From: Blastocladiella emersonii ATCC 22665
Taxonomy: Eukaryota; Fungi; Blastocladiomycota
Direction: 5' to 3'
NCBI GenBank assembly: GCA_025594325.1
Contig: JANHCV010000001.1
Location: 3,348,001 to 3,412,000, forward strand
DNA: 64,000 bases
Shown here piece after piece: positions 32,885-43,239 of the stretch (within the stretch, counting starts at the first letter, position 1; each line of letters opens with the position of its first letter). The notes under the pieces were generated by a model. The model was given only the letters and a program-made list of their open reading frames with translations. It was not told the origin of the DNA and did no database searches. Made by a program: the position numbers and the translations under genes.

Positions 32885-34397
32885 CTACGCGACGTTCACC
32901 TTCTTGCACAGCATGGCGTGCTCCTTGCGCGTGGTCGCGACCGACTTGACGAGCGCGTGGAACGCGCGGTAAGTGCAGAGCGAGCGATCGTCGGGGTGGT
33001 GGTCGCCGGGCGCGGCGCACGCCGGGAGCGTGGTGGCGCGGTCGTTGTACTTGACGCGGACGTAGTGCGCGTCCTCGGGCGAACTCTGCGCCGCCGCCGC
33101 CCCCTTGGCGCGGAACGTCTCGATGGTGACGTGCGACGCGAACAGGGGCCAGTACCGGTGCTCGCCGTGCCAGAGGCCGAGGGCGCCGAGCAGCGGGGCC
33201 ATGGTGGTGTCGTGGGCCGAGTACACGGCGAATTTCGGGAGCTGCGGCGCGAGCTTGACGGCGGGGCCCGCCACCCCAGAATCGCGGACGAGGTGCCGCT
33301 CCGTGACGTGCTGGAGGTGCATGGAAAACTCGGGGTCGGGCGTCGGCGGCTTCCCCGCGACGACATGGTGCTGCAGCTCGTGCAGCTCGGTGACGAAGCG
33401 GCCGAGCATGAGTTTCGGGAACACGGGGTACTCGGCCATGTGGTCGAACCAGAGCCGCGACGAGGCGGCGCGGAGCCGCTCAAAGTCGGCGGGGGTGACG
33501 TTGACGGGCCAGTCGTGGGCAAGCGCGGAGCCCAGCACGTCGAACGCGAGCACGGGCCCGTATTTCTCGTCGAGCATGGCGCGCAGGTCCGCGGGCCAGG
33601 ACGGGTACTCGCGGGCGCGCAGGTCCGACTTGATGAGCGCCGTGAACTGCTTGCGCAGGTGCATGTACCGGGCGCACTCGTGGTCCGGGTACACGTTGTC
33701 GCGGCCCGACGGCGTGCGGGTGAAGATGTGCAGGGCGTCGGTTGCGGTGCGCGACGCCGGAGGGTACAGGCCCAGCATTAGCGAGTGCAGCGACTCGAGC
33801 GTGCGCGGGTAGTCGGTCGACCGCAGGTAGACGAGCGCCGGGTCGGCGAAGGTCGAGGGGAGGAAGCCCAGCTTGCCGACGTACAGGTCGCGCAGCGAGG
33901 CGCCGATCGACGATAGCGTGGTGCGGCCGCGGTCCGTGAGCTGGCCGTGGTAGCTACGCGTACGGTGGTGTGCGTTAGCCGTGTACAACAGCGTATGAGG
34001 GGAAAGCGTACCAGGTAGCGAGCGACGGCGTCTTCTGCACATGCGCGTCGGGGATCCCCTCCTCCCAGGTGGCCGCGTTGAGCGTCGACTTGCGGTAGAG
34101 CTGGTGGGCGACGGGTCCCGGGTCAGCCTGGAGGGCGAGAAAGTTGCCCATGAGGCAGTCGTCGTGGTTGGGCGGGACGAGGTGCTGCAGGCCGGGCCAC
34201 ACGGGCGTGCGCTCGCCGTGGCGGTGGACGAACTGGACGAGCTTGAGCTCGAGGCTCGCCGGGTACTGTTTGGCGACCTCGGCGGGCGTCAGCGGCGGCG
34301 GCGGGTGCGCCGTCGTCACGATGCCCGACTTGCTCGGCGTGTACGGGATCGCGTGCGTCGGGCCCGTGGGTGCGGCAGGGGCGGTGTTGGTCGGCAT
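32885..34397 (-). CDS. Histidine acid phosphatase (ACP6/lysophosphatidic acid phosphatase-like); 1 intron
   Basis: LKLVQFVHRHGERTP (RHGxRxP), GQLTDRG, RSTDYPRTLES, YSAHDTTMAPLL, FASHVTIE. Confidence 0.88.
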
Positions 34398-34403
34398 GGT
34401 GGC

Positions 34404-34413
34404 GATGCGTTGC
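34404..34413 (-). promoter_or_regulatory. Leader motif variant GCAACGCATC, 6 nt upstream of the phosphatase ATG
   Basis: Seen directly. Confidence 0.5.
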
Positions 34414-34942
34414 GGCAAGTCTGGGCCAGTGGATCGGCCTAGTTGGCGGTCAGCGGTGAGAAGGGGCGAGAGGACGGGTCGACGGTGGCGGGGAGGCGCG
34501 AGCGGGAAGGGACGCGTCGTCGCAACGGCTGGCTCGCCGATCGGTTGGGGATCGGTTTGCTGCTGCTGTCCGCCTCCCCTCTTCTATCTCGATGGGCCTT
34601 TTTTTGAACGATTGTGGTCGCTCGAACTCTGTTGCGAGCGACATGACTCTGAACGTGACCCAGAGGGCCGCAATGAGGTGATGGACGGCCAGTCGAAGCC
34701 GCGTCCGCCTCCTCGATCGCACGCGCGCGATCGCCGGCCGTGCCTCGTCCTTCAATTGGAAGAGAAAGGGGAGACACGGCGTCAGCGACGCGTCGGCCGA
34801 CGCGGTGTGCAGTTCGCGTGGGCGTCAGGTGAGCAGCAGCGATCGCTGTTGACGGCCGTTCCGATCTGCTTCGCCACCCTCCGCTCTCTTCTCCCTCCCT
34901 CCTCTCGAGGGCTCATGTAACTGCCAACCAACACACACTGCA

Positions 34943-35884
34943 ATGGACGCTCCCAAGTGCCCCGTCGACCACGGCTCGGCCGCTGCGATGCCCGCGGGCC
35001 ACCCGCCAGTCCCGTCCACGTCAGTGACGGGCGAGGGCGCGGCCAAGTGCCCCGTCGACCACAGCAAGATCGACCGCGCCTCGCACCCCTTCTTCCAGTC
35101 GCAGCATGGTGGTGCGCACCCACCATCTGGTGATGCCGCCAAGTGCCCCGTCGACCACTCGAAGCTCGACCCGGCGACGCACCCGTACTTTGCCCAGCCC
35201 GAGCCGACCCCGGCCCCTACGCCCGCACCCGCCTCGGGCCTCGGCACCGCGCACGACTCGGACGAGCTCGACCTGCGCAACTACCTGCCGTCGTCGCTGC
35301 CGCACCAGCCGCGCCACCCGGACCAGCGCCGCGACCTGCCGACGGACCGGGAGGCGTCGAGCATCCCGCGCGCCGATGCTGCCACCCCCGATGTCCCCGC
35401 CGCAAAAACCGATGCCGACGGCGTGTGGATGTACCCGTCGCAGCAAATGTTCTTCAACGCCATGAAGCGCAAGAACTGGAACCCGCGCGAGGAGGACATG
35501 GAGGTGGTGGTCCCGATCCACAACGCCGTGAATGAGATGGCGTGGCAGCGGATCCTCGACTGGGAGCGCGTCGCCTCGCCTTCCCTCGCACCGTGCGCGC
35601 CGCGCCTCGCGCGGTTCATGGGGAAACCGGGCCACCTCACGCCGCGCGCCTGGTTCAAGTCCACCTTCATGGGATACACCAAGCCGTTCGACCGCCACGA
35701 CTGGGTCGTCGACCGCTGCGGGACCAAGGTCAACTACGTCATCGATTTCTACTCGGGCAAGCTGCCCGCCGGCACCAAGGCCGCGGGCGTCGTGTCCTTC
35801 TACCTCGATGTCCGGCCCAAGCTCGATACCTGGGAGGGCGTCAAGCTGCGCGCGCTGCGGTTCTGGGGCGACCTGCTTCGCTGA
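34943..35884 (+). CDS. HCCS: Holocytochrome c synthase (cytochrome c/c1 heme lyase), intronless
   Basis: Three KCPVDH heme-regulatory motifs; REASSIPR, WMYPSQQMFFNAMKRK, IHNAVNEMAWQRI, PFDRHDWVVDRCG, YVIDFY, LDVRP. Confidence 0.93.
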   Translation: MDAPKCPVDHGSAAAMPAGHPPVPSTSVTGEGAAKCPVDHSKIDRASHPFFQSQHGGAHPPSGDAAKCPVDHSKLDPATHPYFAQPEPTPAPTPAPASGLGTAHDSDELDLRNYLPSSLPHQPRHPDQRRDLPTDREASSIPRADAATPDVPAAKTDADGVWMYPSQQMFFNAMKRKNWNPREEDMEVVVPIHNAVNEMAWQRILDWERVASPSLAPCAPRLARFMGKPGHLTPRAWFKSTFMGYTKPFDRHDWVVDRCGTKVNYVIDFYSGKLPAGTKAAGVVSFYLDVRPKLDTWEGVKLRALRFWGDLLR

Positions 35885-35969
35885 CGGGTCGTTTGGTGAA
35901 TAGATATACAAAACTAGTGTTCATTGCAATGTATTTGTGACAGCTATATCGAGTCTTGCTTCGTGCAAA

Positions 35970-38900
35970 TCATCGGCGGTAGTACCCGTCCTGCCCACCC
36001 TGCTGCTGGCCATGGCCCTGCTGCTGCTGCTGGTAGTACTGTTGCTGACCACGCCCCTGCTGCTGCCCGCCGCCGTACCCGGCCGGCGACGCTGGCGGGA
36101 GCTGGTACGCGTGCTGCTGGTGCTGCTGGTGCTGGTGCTGCATGGGCGACGACGCGTGCATCATGGGCGCCGTGACCGCCGCCGCGGGCTGCGCGGGGCT
36201 CTGGTACATCTGCTGCTGGTGCTGGTGCTGGACCTGGCTGTGGTACTGTTGCTGGCGGTACTGCCCCGTCGGCTGCATCTCGTGGTACGACGGAGACGGG
36301 CTCTGGAACCCGCTACCGCCGCCCGTGTGCTGGTACCGCTGCGCGTACAGCTGCGCGGCCGTCGGCGTGCCGGGCGAGATCGGACCGCCGCCGTTGCTCC
36401 CGCCCGTGGTACTCGTCGTCACCGTGGTCGTCGTCGTGAGGTACCCGGCACCGCCGCCCTGCTGCTGCTGCTGGTACTGAGCGTAATACTGCTGCTGCTG
36501 GTGATGCGAGAGCGGCTGCGGGTGCGGCGCGCCGTTGGGTCCGCGGGGCGGGTGCATGCTTAGCGGGGACGGGGACCGGCCGGGCGGCGGGTGATGCCCC
36601 TGGGCCGGCGCGTTGGGCGACAGGTTCTGCATGTGGTGGACGGCGAGATCGACCTTGCGGATCGACGACACGGGCGAGGCCGGGCGCGGCGCGGGGAGGT
36701 GGCCCGACGAGTAGTGCGCGGGGGCGAGCGCGCCGGGCGACGCGTACCCGCCGCCGGGCCCCTCGGCCGCGACGGCGGCCGGGAGCGGGCGGCCCGTGAC
36801 GCCGGCGAACGCCGACGACAGCGACGCGTCCGAGTCGCGGCGGCCGTCGCGGTACGCGCTGCCGGCGTCGCTGCCCGAATCGCCGGCACCTTGGCGGTGC
36901 TGCTGCTGCTGCTGCTTCTGGTAGTGGATCGAGAGCTCGGGGAAGTAGCCCTCGAGGAGGTGCTCGAGGCGCGGGTCGACGAGCGGCAGGATCAGGTGCT
37001 CGACGAGCGACGGGTGCAGGTACCGGTCGCGGCGGCCGGACCGGCGCGCCTCGGCGTCCTGGCGCAGCGCCTCGGGGTCCCACGGCCCGAACTTGGTGTT
37101 GAAGAACTGCGAGTCCGTAAGGTGGTCGTTGTAGATGCGGCGGCCGGCGATCAGCGTGGCGATGAACAGGACGGCCATGGCGATGGCCTGCGCGTACACG
37201 AGGTTGGCCAGGAGGTACATGATGAACAGGCCCTGCGCCGCGGCGAGCGACGAGATGATCCGCTTGTACAGCGTCGGGTAGAAGTCGCCCGCCGTGTCGG
37301 ATCCCTTGCCGAAGACGAATAATAATTCGTACTTGTAAATGAGCGACGTGGACGCGAAGTAGAGCGGCACGAAGAAGAGGATGAGCGGCTGGACCCACGC
37401 GTAGACGCACGCGATGAAAAAGTAGAAGAGCAGGACGCCCGACACGGCGTCGTAGTTGAACGACAGCGGGCTGTTGATGAGCAGGGCCTCGCGCGGCGTG
37501 AGGTTGAACAGCTTGCGCTTGAGGAACGTGAGGATGAGCGGGCCGAACCGGGCGAGCTCGACGGCGAAGAAGCCCGTGCCGTTGACCGTGTAGTTGACCC
37601 AGAACCCGCCCTTGCGCACGTACGTCGCGGACACGGCGAGGAAAAAGTTCTGGATCTTGAGCAGCACGGCCGTGGTCACGGCGCCCGCGTTCGGGCCCTG
37701 GACGCTGGTGGCGAGCTTGTCGACCGAGAAGCCCGAGAAGAGGTTGATGATCATGGTGATGGCGGTGAAGAAGACAAAGAAGCCGACCACGTAGAAGAGG
37801 AACAGCTTGCGGACCGTGTCCTTGGTGCGCAGGGCCTTGGTGTAGGCGCCCTGGTAGTCGGACACCTTGCGGAAGAAGACGGGCAGGAAGATGAGGAACG
37901 AGTTGTAGAGCATGGGCGGGACCAGGCCCTGGATGAAGGACGCGAACTTGGGGTTGCGCCACAGGTACGTGCCGAGCGCGGGCCACACGTTGTACAGCGT
38001 GGCCGCGTCCGTGAGCGGGATGATGGCCGACAGCGGGAACACCCACGACACGGACAGCGCCAGCACCAGCAGGTTGCCGAGCCGCCGCTTGCGCCGCTGC
38101 ACGCTCGGCTCGTCGCCGAGGTTGCGCCAGATCAGGTCCTCGGGCCGCGGCGCCGGCTCAATGTGCAGGTCGAGGGCCTTGCCGCGGAGCTGTTCGACGA
38201 CCTCGTGGCAGTCCTCGGGGTACTCGAACTCGACGAACCCGGCGTGGATCGCCTTGGCCTCGCACCCGTTGCGGCGCATGTCGTAGATGGTGGCGTCGAG
38301 GGCCTTGATCTTGTCGCACAGCTTCTGGGCCTCGGGCGGCAGCTGGGCGTTGGGCAGGGCGAGGTTGGCGGCCGAGTCGGGGCGGTGGGCGTCGAGGCGG
38401 GCCTTGAAGGTGCGGTGCATGATGCCCTCGAGGTCGAGGATGTGGCGCTCGCGCTTCTGCACCGCCTCCTCGAGCTTGGACACCTTGAGAGCGAGGGTCG
38501 CCGTCGAGAAGTGCATGACGTTGACCTCGTGCATGGCGTCGGCGAGCGCGTAGTTGTCGCGCAGCATCGACGACTTGAGGTTGGTGACGAGGATGGTGCG
38601 GGCGTGGATCGAGTTGTAGTACTCGGGCGACCGGAAGTAGTTTTGGCGCAGGCGCACGAAATCGATCCACAGGTTGCGGAACAGGTACAGGATGTAGGCG
38701 GACAGGGCGAAGGCCATGACGACGTGGCCCCACAGGAAGTTCTGGGCGTACATCATGGACTCGGAGACGGCCAGGTCCTGGACCTTCTCGCCGCGGCCGG
38801 GAATCTGCGGGGCCTTGAGCGGGCCGTCGGTGAGCGAGAGGTAGTTGAGGGTGAGGGTGACGATGCCCGTGGCGAGCCAGCCGACGGACGCCTTGGCCAG

Positions 38901-39311
38901 CGTGACGGTGAACTTGACGAACATGGTGGCGTCGATGCCGAGCGAGGTGAGCAGCTGGTCCTCGGTGGTCTTGTAGACGATGGGCAGCCAGTCGAGGAAG
39001 CCCTTGGACACCTCGGGCAGCTTCTCGGGCACCTTGGCGTCGTGGAAGAACTGCTGCAGGCCGCGGCGCGCCATGGACCGCGAGTACACCTTGTTGGGCT
39101 GGTACACGTTCTCGTACCGCGGCCGCATGATGCTGAAGAAGGCCACGGCGCCGAGCCCGACGCTGCCCGTCAGGCACAGCTGGATGAGCAGTCCCGAGAT
39201 CTGCTCGGGACCTGTTTGCAATGGGCGTTAGCGGCGTGCTGTTGCTCTACTGCACAAGAGGGTAGCCGTACCCTGTTTGAGGAACTGGTCCCCGACAGAT
39301 GCCGCTGACAT
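35970..39311 (-). CDS. OSCA/TMEM63 (Csc1/Rsn1/Phm7-like) mechanosensitive or osmosensitive channel with a Q/G/P-rich tail; 1 intron
   Basis: Exon 1 MSAASVGDQFLKQG joins PEQISGL; RPRYENVYQP, SLGIDATMFVKF, HAGFVEF, APRPEDLIWRNL, multiple TM helices, YKYELLFVF. Confidence 0.88.
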
Positions 39312-39956
39312 GATGGCGGTGTCGTTGAGGTCACGGCGGAAGAGTGCAAGCGCCGCTCACGCAGCGAGGTTGATGGCGAGCAGTCGAGCCAGCCGACTGA
39401 CAGAACGAGTGCGAGTGCGTGTGGTATCTGCAGTAATGCAGCGCGCCGAGCTCAAGGGACGGGCGAAGCGCGCGCGACGAGGGGGCGTCGATGCGTGCGA
39501 GCGGGCAAGTGCGTGGAGGGAGGGCCGCGGCGACCGCGTCAGGGTGCAGCGTTGCAGCAAGTCCGTAGCAGATACTGTAAGTTGGCGGAGACGAGGGACG
39601 GCGGGGGGAGAGCGCGAATCGAGAATGGGTGGCGGGGGCGGCCGAGGGGCCTCGGTGGTCGCAGGAGAGCGGCGCCTCGTCGGCGCGGCTTGACCGCCGA
39701 CTACGCCACGCGCGGCTGCGGTCCGGTCCCTCGCCAGCGCCCCCGCACGAATCGGGGCGACCAACTCTGACTGACGCGACGGCGACGGTGATGCGCGCCC
39801 ATAATCAAATGTATCGGGGTGAGAGAGAGGGATCAAGGGGCATGTGTGTGTGCGGATTGCAAAAAGGGAGCGTGGATCGTGAGAGAGGAGTAGGGGGATT
39901 GCAACCAAAATGGGGGGAGAGGATCGTCGTGGCGCGACACGACGCGTCGCGACCGA

Positions 39957-42699
39957 CTACTGCTGCTGCTGCCCGCGACCCGCCGCCGCCGCAGCCGCGG
40001 CCATCATGTGCTGGAGCTGCTGCTGGTGGGCAAAGTGGGCCGGCGGCGGGGGCGCGGCGCCGCCCATCATGTGCGGCGGCGGCGGTGCGCGCGGGAACCC
40101 GCCGGCATGCGCGTGCGGGTGCGCTTGCGCCTGCTGCTGCTGCTGCGGATGACCCATCGGTGGCCGGCCGCCGCCGTTCATGGCGGCGAGGTGCGGGGGT
40201 GGCGGGGTCCCTGCGCTTGGTGGCGCACCACCCTGCTGCTGCTGCTGCTGAGCGCGGAGGAACTGGAACAGCGCGGCCTGCGCGTCAGCGGGGTTGCCCT
40301 GCATCCCCGGTGGCGGCGCGCGCGGGCCACCGCCGCCGCGGGCGCCGGCCATGACGCCGGGCGGCGGCGGTGGGACCATGCCCATGGGCGGCGGGGGCAT
40401 GAACTGGCCGTGCATCGGCGGCGGGCCCATGAGCTGCGGCGGCATGCCCGGGTGGTGCGGGTGGTGCATCGCGCCGGGCGGCGGCGGGGGCATCGGGCCC
40501 ATGGCGCCCATGGGCGGCGGCATGCGGTGGTGCGGGTGGTGCGGCGGGAGCATGTGCGGCGGCGGCGGGCCGTAGTGGTGCCCGGGCGGCGGCGGCGGCA
40601 TCGGCGGACCGCCCATGCCGGGCGCACCGGGCGGGCCGCCCGCCCCGCTGCTGTTGCTGCCGGACCGGTCGCGCGACAGGTGGTGCATGATGTTCATGTG
40701 CGCCTGCTCGCGCGCAAGCATCTGCTGCTGCTGCTGCGGGTCCATGGCGTGCGCGGGCGACTGCAGCGGGCTCGCGGCGGACCCGCCCATCGGCGTGGCC
40801 AAGAGACGCGGGCTCGGCGACGCGCGCTGCTGCTGCTGCTGTTGCTGTGGTGGCTGGCCGCCCTGCTTGGTCGCGAGCCGCCGCGACACAGACGTCGGGA
40901 CCTGCCCGCTGAGCAGCGCGTTGCCCTTCTTCTTGAGCGCGCGCTCGCGCTGCACCGCCTCCATGAGGTCCTGCTCGCTCGGGTAGTATCCGGCCTCGCC
41001 GCCTGGCTGCTGCTGGGGTGGGGGTGGCGGCGGTGGGAACGCCATGCCGGGCGCGGGCTGGCCGTACATGTGCGGCGGCGGGGCACCAATACCCATCGGC
41101 GGACGCATGGCGGCCTGCTGGCGCAGGTACTCCTGGTGCATCATCATCTGCTGCATGCGCTGCTGCTCCTGCAGCGCCGAGGCGTGCCCAGGCGGCAGAC
41201 CGGGTGGCGGAACTGGGCCGGCGTTGCCTCCGGCGGCACCGCCGAGTCCTGGCGGAAGCATGCCCGGGCCAGCCGCGGTCGGGGGCGGTGGCGGGGCGGG
41301 GAAGTTGGGCTGCTGCTGCGACGGCTGCTGCTCCTGCTGCGACGGGGGTGGCGACGCGGGCCCCTCGGACGCGGATGCGGGCGCGGGCGAGCGCGGGCCC
41401 GCCATGGCGAGCTTGCCCATGAGGAAGTTGAGCCGCTCCGTGTCGGCCGACGGCGCGGGCGCGGCGGCGGCGGCGGTCGGGCTCGCCAGCGAGTCGGTGC
41501 TGCCGAAGCCGGGCGGGAGTCCTGGACCCGCGCCGGGCGGACCGCGCGTGTTGGGTGCCTCGGCGGGAGCCGCGGCGGCAAAGAAGCGGCCGGCGAAGCG
41601 AGACGTGACGGGCGCGGTGCGCTCGGCCGGGGTGTCGGCAGCGGGCTCGAGCGAGTCGTCGAGACCGCCGGCCTGGTCGAGACCGAAGAACCCGCCACCA
41701 CCGCCGTTGTTCTCGTCGTCGCCGCCCTGCGCGGCGCGCATCATCTTCTTGAACGCGGCAATCGGGTCGTCGTCGGCGAACCCGGCGGCGGCGGGCGGCG
41801 GGGGCGGCTGGCGGCCGCGCTCCTTGGCGCGCATCTCGGCCTTGAAGCTGGCGATCGGGTCAAAGTCGCGCGACTGGAAGTCAAAGTCCTCCATGGGGCC
41901 CGACGAGAAGGTCTCGTCGTTCTTGGAGTCGAGCTCGTCGCCCCAGGCGAGAATGCGCTCCTGGTACTGCTCGGGGTTGCGGCGGCGCTCGCCGAGCGCC
42001 ATGAACTCGCGGTCGAGGTTGCGGCGCGGGCCGTCGCGCCCGGTGCTGCGCGGGTCCGAGGCCATCTTGCTGCTGCTGCTGCTGACGCTGCTGGCGCTGC
42101 CGGCGGCCGTGTCGCGCAGGGCGCCGAGGTTGCGCTTCTACACGCGCGCGCGGGACGTGTGAGTTGGCGGTGGGCGGCGGTGGGACATGCCGCGTCGACA
42201 CGCACGATGCCGTCGCCGTTCTGGCGGGTCGGGGAGGGCGAGCGGACGCTGGTTGGGAAGCGGCGGCCGCCGCCGTCCCTGCCGGAGAGGCCCGAGCCGG
42301 GCTCAGAGCGGCCGCTGAGCGGGTTGGCGGAGCCCGACGTAGAAGTGCGCGTTTTTCTACGCATGGGATGGACCGGTGAGAACAGCTTCGACACGGCAGG
42401 CTCATGCAGCGTACCTTGACGTGGTAGATCCGGTGCGCTCGAGACTACACGGCGCGTGCAATCGAGTCAGCTCCGCCATGAGACCGCCCCCGATGCGGCA
42501 GAACGTACCGCGAAGCGCAGTGGAAGTCGACGTGTTCTATCCGGTTGAGCGGGAAGGCGGCGACGAGGCGCGAGCCCTGGATGGCCATGATTGTGTCGCG
42601 CGAGTAGCGGAGGGGCTCGTCGGCACCGGCGAGACCGTCGCTCGCGAGGCTGCCGCCGCCGTCATCGCTGACGCTGCTAGCGGAATCGTGCGCGTCCAT
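39957..42699 (-). CDS. Low-complexity P/Q/G/M/H-rich protein with an N-terminal eIF4E-binding-like motif (4E-T/Eap1/GIGYF-like); multi-exon
   Basis: Exon 1 MDAHDSASSV...EPLRYSRDTIMAIQGS; GTACG donors near 42506 and 42414; 702-aa downstream ORF with PEW-like ILAWGDE, FFGLD, SRFAGRFF and VPTSVSRRLA. Exon structure approximate. Confidence 0.5.
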
Positions 42700-43239
42700 G
42701 GCGGGCGCGGGGTTGCGGGAGGGTTGGGCTTGTCGTCTACCCAGCGTCGCGCGGAGCACCGAAAAGTGAGCAAGGCGCATCGGGATGGGCGCGAATGGCA
42801 TCGCGCAGATCGTTGCGCCTGCAACCGGGCCCGCTCGGCGCTCATGCATAGCGCTCAAGACCCGGGCACACTCATGCGTGCAGCGCAGTGCCGCGATGCC
42901 ATCGACGACGCGTCACGGATGGGCCGGATAAGTACAGGTTGCGTATGCGGGCAGCTACGTGGGCAGAATGCGGCGTGCCGTGCGTTGTGCGCGGCGGATG
43001 GGGGAGCGGCGGAGCGGTCGGTGGAGCGCCATCCACGTCGAAGGCGACGCCCGCGCCGCGCCGCGCACTCAGCCCGCCTGACTCGGTCACGTCAAGTCAC
43101 GCGATTCATTAGTCGCGTCTCGCGTCTCTCGCGTTTCGCGCGCCGCTCAAACGAGCCCAAAGATGAGAGGCAACGTCGCCGTGTAGTGGTACAAAATTGA
43201 GAAGTAGGGGTATACGCCGCGCCGCGCCGCGCTCAGCGC

